A stretch of DNA of 34,407 nucleotides. Source: a virus. Taxonomy: Duplodnaviria; Caudoviricetes. The position numbers were made by a program, and so were the translations under genes. Below the pieces are notes generated by a model. That model saw only the letters and a list, made by a program, of their open reading frames with translations. It made no database searches and had not been told where the DNA came from. Of the stretch, positions 18,646 through 28,781 are shown one piece after another; position 1 is the stretch's first letter; each line of letters opens with the position of its first letter. The DNA lies in IMG/VR virus record IMGVR_UViG_3300016265_001061, positions 1 through 34,407 of that record; one strand, 5' to 3'.

Positions 18646-19535
18646 GCCAGGCCTACAACAACTTGATGCAGGCCATTTTGGGGGCTGGCATCAAGCCCGG
18701 TGCGGCGTCCAGGCTGGCGTCCGCTATTGCGGATGTTGCGTCGTCTGCGGGTGCCAAGCAGAACACACGCGGCACGCAGTTTTCCCTGCCAAAGGGCGTC
18801 GGCTTCCACCCGGTTACTGGCGGCAAGGACAACTTCGCCCTACACGTGTCGGCTCCGGACACGTACACAGACGCAAATCAGGGCAAGGCGGTGTTTGGCC
18901 CCGGCGGCGGAGCGCTGGGCGTGGACGGCGTGTCTATTTTCAACGGCGACTTGTACTGCGAGGACGCGGGATCGTTCGGTGACTTGCAGTCTCGCGGCGA
19001 CCTGGCGGTGTACGGTCACATGGCGTCCAAGACCGCCGAGGTCAGCCGGGAGTTTGAGTGCGCCGGGTCGCTCAGCGTTTCCCCTGGCTCCGTGGAATGT
19101 CATTCCCCGTTGCGGGCCGGCTCAAGCCTGGCCGTTTCCGGGGAATGCACGCTCAACGGCGCCGTGGCGGTCAACGCTCAGATCTCGCTGAACGGCCCTG
19201 TGAGATGGCCGGGCAACCTAGGCGTGCCGCTGGCCCGCGTGCCGTTCGACGGCCTGACGGTCTACTCGGCAGCCGGGCTGGACGGGACCGACACTGTCCT
19301 GCTGACGCCAACGGTGGTGGCGGTTCTGAACAACTTCGGCCAGGGGCAGGCCCGCAAGTTCAAATACGCCTTTGATGGCAAGTCCTACGCTCTGACTGAC
19401 CTCATAGAGTTTGACCAGGAAAATTGCAAACTTGCCCTGAAGCCGCTGGACCCGGAGGGGAAGGCCTGGGACACCAAGGACGCCAAGGCCCCCAAAGTCC
19501 TGGTCGGCGGGGCGGTCAAAATCACGCTTTCCTGA
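18642..19535 (+). CDS. Putative tail tip/spike protein
   Basis: GTGA coupling; central G/V/S-rich beta-helix-like segment. Confidence 0.5.
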   Translation: MSQAYNNLMQAILGAGIKPGAASRLASAIADVASSAGAKQNTRGTQFSLPKGVGFHPVTGGKDNFALHVSAPDTYTDANQGKAVFGPGGGALGVDGVSIFNGDLYCEDAGSFGDLQSRGDLAVYGHMASKTAEVSREFECAGSLSVSPGSVECHSPLRAGSSLAVSGECTLNGAVAVNAQISLNGPVRWPGNLGVPLARVPFDGLTVYSAAGLDGTDTVLLTPTVVAVLNNFGQGQARKFKYAFDGKSYALTDLIEFDQENCKLALKPLDPEGKAWDTKDAKAPKVLVGGAVKITLS

Positions 19536-19576
19536 CGTTCCCTGCCCGTTTCCGGACACTGTAATTTGGAGGCCTT

Positions 19577-19969
19577 ATGTTCCAGGGATCACAGCCGCAG
19601 ACGTACCAACAAGCGCTGGGGGGGTTCAACTTCTTCAACCCGCAGGCGCAGGGGATGCTCTCTGCGCCCTTGTACCCGATGGCCTACAACGCGCTGTCGC
19701 AGTACTTCGGCGGCCTAGGCATGGACCCATACGGCAACAATATCCGGCAGGCCATGCAGGGCCCGCAGTTGAGCCGGGCCGAGCAAATGCGGCAGCAGTG
19801 GGAAGAGCAGCAGGCGGTCGATGCCGAGCAGAAGCGGCAGACTGACGCTTGGAAGGCTAAGCACCAGGCGAGCATGAACGCCTGGGAGCAGTCGGGCGGG
19901 AAGGCGGCGTTCCTCGGCGGAATGTCGCCAGACAATAAGAATGTCTGGTCGTTGATGTATCAGATGTAA
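19577..19969 (+). CDS. Hypothetical Q/G/M-rich protein, possible internal virion protein
   Basis: GGAGG RBS; composition and position. Confidence 0.6.
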   Translation: MFQGSQPQTYQQALGGFNFFNPQAQGMLSAPLYPMAYNALSQYFGGLGMDPYGNNIRQAMQGPQLSRAEQMRQQWEEQQAVDAEQKRQTDAWKAKHQASMNAWEQSGGKAAFLGGMSPDNKNVWSLMYQM

Positions 19970-19987
19970 CTTCACGGAGAGTTTGAC

Positions 19988-20503
19988 ATGGCGATTGAGG
20001 ATATCCTTGGCCAGATGGTGCAGTTGCCGATTGCGTACGGCAAAATGTATGGCGACCAGTACGCCAACCTGTACAACCCGCAATACAGCTATGGCCAGAG
20101 CCAGGCTGGCAATATGGCCCAGCTGGGCGGCCAGTCGATGAGCCTGTACGGCAATCTTGCCGGCCAGCAGGCCTCCATGTACAGCAACGAGCTGCCCATG
20201 CGCATGGAGATGGCCAAGTGGAACTCGCTTGCCCCGGCGCTCTCCGGGCTGCTGAACCAAGTCGGCTTCAGCGGAGTGAACCTGTCTCCGCTGTCGATGC
20301 AGTTCAACCGCCCGGACGTCATGGGCGGTTACGGAGGCGCCGTCCAGAACGCCTACAGCAACGCTCGCAGCTACGACCCGTGGATGCAGCAGAACTTCCA
20401 GGGCCACCAGCAGGCGATGCAGAACGCAATGCCGAAGAACCCGTTCTCGGGCGGCGCTCCTGCGCCGGCGAGCCCTGCCGGCCCGGGCAAGAAGTACAGC
20501 TGA
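19988..20503 (+). CDS. Q/N/G/Y/M-rich putative internal virion protein
   Basis: GGAG RBS; low-charge, low-complexity sequence. Confidence 0.6.
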   Translation: MAIEDILGQMVQLPIAYGKMYGDQYANLYNPQYSYGQSQAGNMAQLGGQSMSLYGNLAGQQASMYSNELPMRMEMAKWNSLAPALSGLLNQVGFSGVNLSPLSMQFNRPDVMGGYGGAVQNAYSNARSYDPWMQQNFQGHQQAMQNAMPKNPFSGGAPAPASPAGPGKKYS

Positions 20504-20515
20504 CGAGGTCCGCTG

Positions 20516-20740
20516 ATGCAGAACTACGGCTACATGGGGGCACAGTGGGCGAATCAGGCCACTGCTGCGCGCAACAACGCGCAGCAGTGGGGGCAGTACG
20601 GAGCCAACTATGCCAACCAAGCCAGCCAGCAGCGTGTCGGGCAGAGCCAGCTGCAGAGCCAGATCGGCATGAACACCATGAAGCAGCGTGACAATCAGTT
20701 CCGGTTTGGTCTGCAAGCGCTAGGCGGGCTGCTGAAATGA
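20516..20740 (+). CDS. Q/N-rich small putative internal virion protein
   Basis: GAGGT RBS; amphipathic C-terminus LQALGGLLK. Confidence 0.6.
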   Translation: MQNYGYMGAQWANQATAARNNAQQWGQYGANYANQASQQRVGQSQLQSQIGMNTMKQRDNQFRFGLQALGGLLK

Positions 20741-21123
20741 TGGGCTACGGCTTCTGGGGAGCGGCTCCGCGGATTGCCAATCGGCAGACGCAGGCCGTCG
20801 CCAACAACCAGATGGCCCTGGGGGCCCAGGAGGCGGCGAAGAAAACCTTCGCTGGCGTGGGGCTCTCTCGCGGTGCCGGCCAGCGGGCATTGGACGAGAA
20901 CCGCGGCGGCATGGCGAGGGCGAATGCGGAGGGCCAGGCGGCCCAGACCCGCGACGCGGACTCGCTGTTCAATGCGGAAATGCAGTCGCGGTATCGGTTC
21001 GGCGCCGCCAACGAGCAGTTGCAGTACGACAGCCTGGCCGAGCAGGAGCGGATGGGTCGGTGGGATTCGCGGTTCGGAAACATGACTACGGCGTGGGGCG
21101 TCCTGGCCGGACTCCTGCGGTGA
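20737..21123 (+). CDS. Putative internal virion (ejection) protein
   Basis: ATGA coupling; AGVGLSRGAGQ; C-terminus WGVLAGLLR. Confidence 0.6.
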   Translation: MMGYGFWGAAPRIANRQTQAVANNQMALGAQEAAKKTFAGVGLSRGAGQRALDENRGGMARANAEGQAAQTRDADSLFNAEMQSRYRFGAANEQLQYDSLAEQERMGRWDSRFGNMTTAWGVLAGLLR

Positions 21124-21146
21124 CACGGATTTAAGGACCTACTTGC

Positions 21147-21410
21147 ATGGCAGCGCGAATGGACCTCGGCGTGGACGACCTGACAAAGACCGCTCTGAAG
21201 CGCCTTGTCACCCAGCTCTTGTCAGCAAGCGAGGGCGAGGAGAAACGCATCCTTGACCAGCTTGCCACGCAGGAGAAGTCCGACAAGGAACGCAACGACC
21301 TGGCCGACCTGGTCGAAGAGAAGCGTGGCAAGCCGGCGTCGATCTCGGCTGAGGACGACGACGAGGAGGAAGAGGAAGAGCTGAAGCCCAAGAAGCGGGG
21401 GATGGCTTAA
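21147..21410 (+). CDS. Small acidic hypothetical protein
   Basis: TAAGGA RBS; EDDDEEEEEE tract then KPKKR. Confidence 0.65.
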   Translation: MAARMDLGVDDLTKTALKRLVTQLLSASEGEEKRILDQLATQEKSDKERNDLADLVEEKRGKPASISAEDDDEEEEEELKPKKRGMA

Positions 21411-22678
21411 TGTCTACTCCGCAATTCTTTGCCAGACTTGCTCGCCGCGCAGCGGCAGCAGACGCGGCTACTCCGGCGGCCAGGGTGGCTGCCCTGGCTG
21501 ACGAGATTCGCCGGGTCGATGCCGAGCGCATGCGGCACGTTGACCTCGCCACTGGCCGTGTTTGGGAGCCTGGCCTGGCGGCCCATGTAGATGATCTCGC
21601 CGGAGACTTGGTGGACCTACAGGGCGAGTTTGAAGCCGCCACGGAGGCGGCGCGGCTCGCGGAGCGTCCGTACCTGGAAACCGTCACCCGCGCGTACCGT
21701 GCCCCGCGTGACCCAGACATGAGCCTCGGGTCGCCGCTGTTCGACCGCATGTATGCAGCAGACCGGGCGTACGAACAAGTCGCCAGGGGGCGTACCGCAA
21801 ATCTCCGCAATGCCGGCGGCGACCTTGCCCGCATTGCCGGACAGGCTATTCGCGACAGGAACGCGGCAGCGGCGGCATCAAGGAGCGGTGGCGACGGGCT
21901 CATGGCCGGCGGACTGGCAGCCGGTGGCCTCACTGCTGCTGTCGGAACCTCTGTTGTTGCGAATGCGATTGAGGATCGACGGCTGCGGCAGGCGCAGGAC
22001 GACGCTGCCAATGCTGCCGCCGTTGCCGCTGTCATGCGCCGGCGTGCCGAAGGGGCCAGGACCGCCAGCGAGCAGATGGACGCCCTGGATTCGCTGGGCC
22101 CTGTTTCTGTGCCGGCGTACGTTGACGAAGGCCAGCGGCGTGACGCCGAGGAGTGGCTTGCGGAAGCCTCCATGCCACGGCCGTTTGAGCCTCGGTCTGT
22201 CAACCACCTATTGCGGGAGAAGCGGCAGGACATTTTGCTCCCCGACGAAGACCCTGTTCCGCTTGATCTGCAATACGACGTTGCTCAGCTGTACGACGGC
22301 TTCGATCCGGTTGCTGGGCAGGTCGCGAGTTCGCCGGAGCCTACCATCACGTTCACGGAGGATGCTGCCGATGACGACAGGGCAGTGCAGGCAATAGGGG
22401 CGGGTGAGCTTGAGGCGATGCTGGCGGCAGACGAGCAGTCGCGACAGCGATACGCCGACGTTGAGGCCCGCATGCGAGAGAGCGGAGCATTCCCGCTGAG
22501 CGATCCCAGTGCGTCTCTGGGCGACCCAGAGTTCACGTACGACCTGCACACAGGCCAGCCGCGGCGGCGTACTGGGGCCATGCAGGGGGCTCCGGTTCCG
22601 CCTCGCCCGGCTTCGCCGCGGCCGGCGGCACGCGGCGTGCGACCGCTCCCGTCGCGCTCGTCTGGCGCCTGGCAGTAG
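21410..22678 (+). CDS. Ala-rich putative ejection protein with Gly/Ala hydrophobic segment
   Basis: TAATG coupling; GLMAGGLAAGGLTAAVGTSVVA. Confidence 0.55.
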   Translation: MSTPQFFARLARRAAAADAATPAARVAALADEIRRVDAERMRHVDLATGRVWEPGLAAHVDDLAGDLVDLQGEFEAATEAARLAERPYLETVTRAYRAPRDPDMSLGSPLFDRMYAADRAYEQVARGRTANLRNAGGDLARIAGQAIRDRNAAAAASRSGGDGLMAGGLAAGGLTAAVGTSVVANAIEDRRLRQAQDDAANAAAVAAVMRRRAEGARTASEQMDALDSLGPVSVPAYVDEGQRRDAEEWLAEASMPRPFEPRSVNHLLREKRQDILLPDEDPVPLDLQYDVAQLYDGFDPVAGQVASSPEPTITFTEDAADDDRAVQAIGAGELEAMLAADEQSRQRYADVEARMRESGAFPLSDPSASLGDPEFTYDLHTGQPRRRTGAMQGAPVPPRPASPRPAARGVRPLPSRSSGAWQ

Positions 22679-22726
22679 ACACTGAACACAAGACACCACT
22701 GGGCCTGTGCGTAGCACAGTAACGCA

Positions 22727-24415
22727 ATGCTTAGCCGCACCGCTGGCGCACCTTCGCTGCCTATCAAGAGCGAACAAGACCTTCTGTGGGAACAGGCCGT
22801 ACAGCAGCACGCAGCCGGCGAAATTACGGACGACCACCTCCTGGCTGTAGCAAGGGCTACGGGGCGATCCGCGCAGGTCCGGGCTGAGATTGCCCAGAAG
22901 TTCGACGCCGCCAACGCGCGGTCGGCGGCCAACATGCCTGCCGAGCGGGCTGCTTCGCGTGCCGCTGCCGCTCCGCCAGAGCCCGACATGACCAGCGTGG
23001 ACACGCTCCCGGGCGACGAGCCCGGAACGCAACGTGTGTGGAACCCGCGTTCCGGGCAGTACGACACGGTTCCGAAGCGTGGCATGCGGCAGACTGTTGC
23101 TCCAGAGCCTGACCCCAGGATTGGGTCGCGTTGGGGCGGCGGCCGACCGTTCAGTTCCACTGCCGAGCGCGACGAGTACTACAACCGGCCGACGCTCACG
23201 CCAGCCCAGCGTCAGGCGATGATCGACGCCGGTGCGTCCCCTGAAGAGATTGCGGACGCCGAGGCGAGCCAGGCCGACAAGGACGCTCGTCAGGCTGGCA
23301 TGGGAACGCACGGCGGGTACGCCCCTGTTTTCATTAACGGTCGCGTCCACATGCTGCCGCGAGCGCCGACGCCGGGGCCAGGCGATTACGCGAATGACCC
23401 CACCATGCCGGGGAGAGAGCGTGGAACGGACGACGCATCGGCCGTTCATTCCTTCGCCCAGGACATGCTGGATGCCGACATAGGCGACCAGTTGCCCATT
23501 CCCAGGGGGAGCGATGGCCTGCCTGCTGCCCCGGGCTTTAAGCCAGGAACAGCAAATGCCGCCACGGACAACGCAACGGCAGGGCCGCTCGCCAAAAACA
23601 GGGACGTCCCTCCCGGCCTGCGCCGCCCCGACCTGGAGGCTCGCGGCTATGAGGCCGTCTACCTTGAGGGGCCAAACGGTGGGGAGTGGGTGTATCGCAT
23701 GAGCGCCGACGCTCGCGACGCAGCCAACGAACGGAACGAAGCCGACAGGGCTCGCAGGACCACCTCGCGGTTGCGAGTTAAGGCCGGTGTTGTCGGCAAC
23801 GCGCAGTACGACGGCGCCGACGACAATCAGCTCCGCGAGCTGATTGCAGCCAACCGCGAGGCCCAGCGTGCGCAGAACGAAACCATGTGGCGTGCCCGTG
23901 CCATGGTCCGCGGCGGAAATGCCGTCGGCGCACAGGCCCTGCCTGGTCTGAACGATTGGCAGCGGCAGATGCTTGCTGGAGGCCCGACGCCGCTGGCCGT
24001 TGACGCTGTTGGGGCGCAGAACGCCATGCGGATGATGAACGCCGAGGCGTTGGCCGGAATGGACCCCCGCCGCACGCAAATGCAGCAAGAGGCTCGCGAG
24101 GCGCAAATCGACGCCCTGCCTCCCGAGCAGCAGACGGCAATTTCTATTCGCCGCGGCGAGGAGATGGGGACAGGCCGGAGCGCTGGGCACGTGCAAGCGC
24201 GGTGGAATTACTGGATGAACAACTTCGGGCCGCGGCCTGTGCAGTGGCGAGAGGACAACTTTAGGCAGGAGATGGAGGGCCTTGGCTACAAGCCAGCCCA
24301 GATCGACGCCTGGATTGATGCGCGGCGGGCCCGTGCCGCGGCTGCCGATGCTCCTGGGCCAGCCGCACCGCCCGTGCCGCCGTTTGGCGCTTTGCCTGGC
24401 GATGCTGCGTTCTAG
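22727..24415 (+). CDS. Ala/Arg/Gln-rich putative ejection protein
   Basis: 562-aa co-directional ORF in the internal-protein block. Confidence 0.55.
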   Translation: MLSRTAGAPSLPIKSEQDLLWEQAVQQHAAGEITDDHLLAVARATGRSAQVRAEIAQKFDAANARSAANMPAERAASRAAAAPPEPDMTSVDTLPGDEPGTQRVWNPRSGQYDTVPKRGMRQTVAPEPDPRIGSRWGGGRPFSSTAERDEYYNRPTLTPAQRQAMIDAGASPEEIADAEASQADKDARQAGMGTHGGYAPVFINGRVHMLPRAPTPGPGDYANDPTMPGRERGTDDASAVHSFAQDMLDADIGDQLPIPRGSDGLPAAPGFKPGTANAATDNATAGPLAKNRDVPPGLRRPDLEARGYEAVYLEGPNGGEWVYRMSADARDAANERNEADRARRTTSRLRVKAGVVGNAQYDGADDNQLRELIAANREAQRAQNETMWRARAMVRGGNAVGAQALPGLNDWQRQMLAGGPTPLAVDAVGAQNAMRMMNAEALAGMDPRRTQMQQEAREAQIDALPPEQQTAISIRRGEEMGTGRSAGHVQARWNYWMNNFGPRPVQWREDNFRQEMEGLGYKPAQIDAWIDARRARAAAADAPGPAAPPVPPFGALPGDAAF

Positions 24416-24433
24416 CTTTCTCGCGAGCTTTTA

Positions 24434-27400
24434 GTGGCACTCTCTCCCCTCTTCGATATCTACGATCCGCAGCGTAGGCTGCAGGACGACCTGGATCTGG
24501 GATTCCCCCAGACCGAAGAGGAGATTCTGGGGCTGGTACCCATCCGGAAGCGGAAGCCCCAGGTAGCCGACCTCCTCCCAGAAGACGAAAAGACCACCCT
24601 CCTTCGCCAGCTTGCCAACGCAGGCTCGTCCGGCCTGTCGGCGTTCGGGTGGCTCCTGGACACCCCAGGGGCCATGGTCAGGGGCTTGCTCTCTGAGGGC
24701 CCCGGCAAGGCCGTATCGGCCCTGTGGGAGGATAGTGAACAAAGAGTCACCGGCCGGGAGCTTGCCCGCCAATACGGCCTGGCGGGCCCGGAGGACAACT
24801 GGAGCAACTTTGCCGGCGGCCTGGCTGCCGAGGTGGTCCTGGACCCGCTGTCCTATATAGGCATCGGCCTGCTTGGCCGGGGGGCGAAGACAGCGGCGGC
24901 CAAGGCTGCTGAGAGGGCTGGCCTGATGACTGGCGACCTTGGGCTCCTGGCCCGCCGGCAGGGCGTGGGCACGGCGGAGTTCCTCCGGCACAACACGCCG
25001 CAGACGCTCATCGACCTGGCGGACGATCCTGCCCGGGCACTGCGGGACTGGAACACCTACGGCGGCACGGCCGAGCAGCTCTCCCAGCCACTGACGCGGA
25101 TGAGCCGGGTCAGTGTCCCGGGCGTCATGGATGGGGCCGTAGATCTCCTTGGCGAAGGCGTAGGCGACTGGGCCGCACGCACCAGCGACCGCGTTGGAGA
25201 CTGGGCCCGAGCCGCCCCTGTTCTGGGCCCGACGATCCGCCACGCCCAGGCCATGTTCGACCCGCGAGTGATGGGGTTCACTGACGAGCAGGGGCAGTGG
25301 ATCGGCCGCGAGCTGACTGAGGGCGAGCGTGTCGCCAAGCAGAACCAGCTCCAGCGCATAGTGGATGCCTACGTTGATGCTGGCCTGGACCTGCCGGCCA
25401 ACATCGACATTCGCAGCCGCGACTTCGACCAGGCCTTCTCCTCGTTCATGGAAGGCCAGGCTGCGGGTGGCATTCCCCGCAGCACGCAGCTTGGGGCTGA
25501 GCTTCGCCAGCGGTACCAGCCGATCTGGGACGCTCTCGCCCAGGACCCTGCCGGCCAGAACCTGGTGCAGTTCGCTCGCTCCGAGCTGAACGACAGCCTG
25601 ACTCGCGCCAGGGACTTGGGCATCCCGCTGGAATACGAAGCCCTGCCGTCTGGCATCGAATACTTCCCTCGCCAGTCTGCCGACATCGACCGGCCGCGGT
25701 ACGCCCCTGGCTATTTGCCGAAGCAAGTGCGGGCCCGTCGCGGCACCGCCATTGCTGGCGTGGGCGATGGGGCCATGTCCTCGCGGACGGACTACAACCG
25801 CTCGTTCCCGCGGTGGGTCATGGACGCGATGGCCCAGGACGACACCATGCAGACGGCCCTGCGCAACGTCCCGAATGACGCACAGCCGTTTGTCACTGGT
25901 GGCGTGGAAGACGTCCTGGAAAACTGGCTGAGGGCCAACGCGACCAACTACTCCAACCCGTTTGACTGGGCCAGGCAGAACCTGCCTGCACCTGCGGGCG
26001 ACGCCCGTGTTCGTCAGCTGTACGTAGACCTCGCGGACAGCCTGCGGCGGACTCCTCTCCAGGCCGCCGAGCAGGGCATCCCCAAGTACGGCAACTCGCT
26101 CAACGATCTCCGCAACCACCTAATGCATCGGGCCACCAAGGAGGCTCATGCCAACACGCTGCTGAACGTCCTGGCTGACGAAAGTGGATTGCTAGCCCAG
26201 TCCGGCGACCTCATGCGTCAGGCCGCAGCGGACGTCCCTGGAGGCATCGGCATAGGAGCGGCCGAGGCCATGCGGATGCTTGGGTTTGACGCGGCCGGCG
26301 GCGCTGCGGCCCTCGCCAATCGCATGAACATCTCGGTCGATGACCTCGCCAACATCTCGTTCAGCCGCGAGCTGATCGACAGGCTCAACCAGCGGATCTC
26401 CACCTCCCGGGCTCCGGCAGAAGCGACCGGCCTCCTAGGGCTGGGCAAGCGATTCACTGACACGTTCAAGACGCTGGCCCTCGCAAGCCCGGCCCGACAC
26501 CTCCGCGACGCCTACTCAGGCTCCTTCGCGTCTTTGTCGCGGGATGCCTTCAACCCGCTGGACTGGGCCGCTGGAGCCAGGGTCGCCGGAGGAAACTACG
26601 ACGCCATCGTCAGCCGCCTCCGTGGCACCGCTCAGTACCCAGACCACTTCACGGACGAGCAGATCATCCGCAAGTTCCTGAAGGAGGCTGGCGGCCAGGG
26701 CCTGAGCATGGGCACGGTCGCGGACGACCTTGGCCGCGGGGCGTCGAACCTTCAGTACGAAGCCCCGTTCCCCGGCGGCAGCGGCGGGCTGTTCCGCAAC
26801 CTGCTTAACAAGGACTGGCGGTCCTGGCAGACCTACAACCCATTCGCTACTCGTCAACGCGGGACGAACCCCAACCCGCTGCTTGACCTGAGCGACAGGG
26901 CTGCGTCGTTCACGGACGCTGGCAACCGTGTCGGCACGTTCATCAACCGCATCCGCAAGGGCGACTCCCCGGCTGCGGCCAAGGGCATCACGGACCTGAC
27001 GCAGGTGCTGTACGGGCCGGAAAACTTTACGGCCTTTGAGCGCGACGTCCTGACCAACATTTTTCCGTTCTACCGTTTTACTAAGGGAATCACGCCGTTC
27101 GTTGCAGACGAACTGGTCAATCGCCCGTACGGCATGACCGGCCAATCGCTCCGTGCCGTCAACCGCGGCAGCGAGCCGAGCGAAGACCAGTTCACGCCGG
27201 AGTACCTGCGGCAGTCGGCGGCGATCCCTATCGACGCATCGTCCATCTTTGGCGTGAAGACCCCGGGCGTGCAGCGGTTCCTCACCAACATCGACCTGCC
27301 GCATGAGTCCCTGCTGAACCTGTTCACGCCAGGCGTAGGCAACACGTTCGGCCAGCGGCTGTCGGATTCGCTGATGAAGACCGGCTCCAACATCCTGGGG

Positions 27401-27931
27401 CAGAGCAACCCGCTGCTGAAGGGTCCGCTGGAGAGCGTGCTGAACCGGCAGTTCTACAGCGGCCGGCAGCTGAGCGATCTGTACTCCATGCTGGAGCATG
27501 ACCTTGGCTCGCTGAACCCGTACTTCGGCCCGTATGGCCGGATGGCCGAGCAGATCGGCGTCAACCTCCCTGGCGGCTCCCGCGTTCTGGGGCTGATGCG
27601 TCAGCTCCGCGACGAGCGAATCAGCCCGAGCGAGCGGGCCGCGAAGCTGCTCTTCAACACGCTCACGGGGCTGAAGTTCCAGGACGTTGACCAGGATAAG
27701 ACGCTGCGGCTGGCGGCGCGGACGACGCTGAACCAACTATTAGATGCGGCGCCGGGCGTCAGCACGTACGAAAACCTGTTCATCAAGCCGGAGGACCTGG
27801 CCCAGCTCAGCGAGCAGGAGCAGAAGCAGTACTTGTTGTATAGGGTCTTGCAATCGGAGGCGGCGAAGCGGGCCCGCGAGAAGAAGAAGCAGGCCGAAGA
27901 CCCGCTGGCTGTGCTAGGTGTGCAGTACTGA
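24434..27931 (+). CDS. Large internal virion/DNA ejection protein with LPD38-like C-terminus
   Basis: 1165 aa; EVVLDPLSYIG motif, IFPFYRF and NPLLKGPLESVLNRQFYSGRQL; last late gene. Confidence 0.65.
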   Translation: MALSPLFDIYDPQRRLQDDLDLGFPQTEEEILGLVPIRKRKPQVADLLPEDEKTTLLRQLANAGSSGLSAFGWLLDTPGAMVRGLLSEGPGKAVSALWEDSEQRVTGRELARQYGLAGPEDNWSNFAGGLAAEVVLDPLSYIGIGLLGRGAKTAAAKAAERAGLMTGDLGLLARRQGVGTAEFLRHNTPQTLIDLADDPARALRDWNTYGGTAEQLSQPLTRMSRVSVPGVMDGAVDLLGEGVGDWAARTSDRVGDWARAAPVLGPTIRHAQAMFDPRVMGFTDEQGQWIGRELTEGERVAKQNQLQRIVDAYVDAGLDLPANIDIRSRDFDQAFSSFMEGQAAGGIPRSTQLGAELRQRYQPIWDALAQDPAGQNLVQFARSELNDSLTRARDLGIPLEYEALPSGIEYFPRQSADIDRPRYAPGYLPKQVRARRGTAIAGVGDGAMSSRTDYNRSFPRWVMDAMAQDDTMQTALRNVPNDAQPFVTGGVEDVLENWLRANATNYSNPFDWARQNLPAPAGDARVRQLYVDLADSLRRTPLQAAEQGIPKYGNSLNDLRNHLMHRATKEAHANTLLNVLADESGLLAQSGDLMRQAAADVPGGIGIGAAEAMRMLGFDAAGGAAALANRMNISVDDLANISFSRELIDRLNQRISTSRAPAEATGLLGLGKRFTDTFKTLALASPARHLRDAYSGSFASLSRDAFNPLDWAAGARVAGGNYDAIVSRLRGTAQYPDHFTDEQIIRKFLKEAGGQGLSMGTVADDLGRGASNLQYEAPFPGGSGGLFRNLLNKDWRSWQTYNPFATRQRGTNPNPLLDLSDRAASFTDAGNRVGTFINRIRKGDSPAAAKGITDLTQVLYGPENFTAFERDVLTNIFPFYRFTKGITPFVADELVNRPYGMTGQSLRAVNRGSEPSEDQFTPEYLRQSAAIPIDASSIFGVKTPGVQRFLTNIDLPHESLLNLFTPGVGNTFGQRLSDSLMKTGSNILGQSNPLLKGPLESVLNRQFYSGRQLSDLYSMLEHDLGSLNPYFGPYGRMAEQIGVNLPGGSRVLGLMRQLRDERISPSERAAKLLFNTLTGLKFQDVDQDKTLRLAARTTLNQLLDAAPGVSTYENLFIKPEDLAQLSEQEQKQYLLYRVLQSEAAKRAREKKKQAEDPLAVLGVQY

Positions 27932-28738
27932 CGGAAGCGGCTCCTGGTTGATGCCCATCTCCTCTTCGTAGAGGAGCTGATCAACGTAGTGCCGTTCGGC
28001 CAGGCCATCGGTCAAGTGTCCCAGCACGGCCTTGGGCGACTTGCCCTGGACCTTCGCGTACGTGGCGGCTGAGCGACGCAGGTACTTCGTTGTCGCATCC
28101 AGGCCGGCACGCTCCATACAGGCCTGCACCCACTGCTGAATGGTGTTCAATGCAGCGAAGTCTCCGAAGATGCGTTCGCGCTTCGGGAGGGCCTTACATG
28201 CGGACAACGCCTCGTCGGTAAAAAGCGCGACGAGGGGAGTTGACGTCTTGTTTTGACCCCGATAGATTTTCCGCCCACGCACCTGGTCCCATCGGATTTC
28301 GACCAGATCGCCCGCACGCATGCCGAGCGCGTAGGCGGTCAGGAACCAGGCGACAAGGAAGTCGGACTTCTTGAGGTCACGGAAATGACCAGGCGTCTGC
28401 CGAGCAGCTTCCACAGCCAGGCGGATCTCAGCCCGCGACAGCGCCCTGGGCACCGGCCTAGGCACCTTGACGCGGCGAAAGCCATCGGATATACACGTGT
28501 TCAGGCCCAGCCGCTTCGCCTCGCGCATGAGGGTTGTGAGGAGTCTGCGGTGATTGGCGACTGTCTGGGGCGCAAGGTTGGTCAGGGCACGGGAGAGGTA
28601 CTCGTCCACCTGCTCCGCGGTGACCTTTTCAACCTCCCAGTCCAGGCGCTTGGTGAAGACCAAAAGCTGCTCCAAATAGCCGGGAGAAGCACCAACCCGG
28701 TTGGCGTAGCGTTTCGCAAAATCTTTGAGTAACATCAT
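27914..28738 (-). CDS. int: Tyrosine recombinase/integrase
   Basis: SAM-like APQTVANHRRLL; catalytic GMRAGDL, NKT, YLRR, LGH, HY; likely start ATG at 28738. Confidence 0.88.
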   Translation of the reverse strand: MMLLKDFAKRYANRVGASPGYLEQLLVFTKRLDWEVEKVTAEQVDEYLSRALTNLAPQTVANHRRLLTTLMREAKRLGLNTCISDGFRRVKVPRPVPRALSRAEIRLAVEAARQTPGHFRDLKKSDFLVAWFLTAYALGMRAGDLVEIRWDQVRGRKIYRGQNKTSTPLVALFTDEALSACKALPKRERIFGDFAALNTIQQWVQACMERAGLDATTKYLRRSAATYAKVQGKSPKAVLGHLTDGLAERHYVDQLLYEEEMGINQEPLPSVLHT

Positions 28739-28781
28739 GTACCCCCACATTGCAGCCTTTTTCAGGACTGGCAAGGGGAGC

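Noticed and set aside
22208-27736. Long antisense ORFs (662, 562 and 406 aa)
   Set aside because: Shadows of high-GC plus-strand genes with no recognisable motifs
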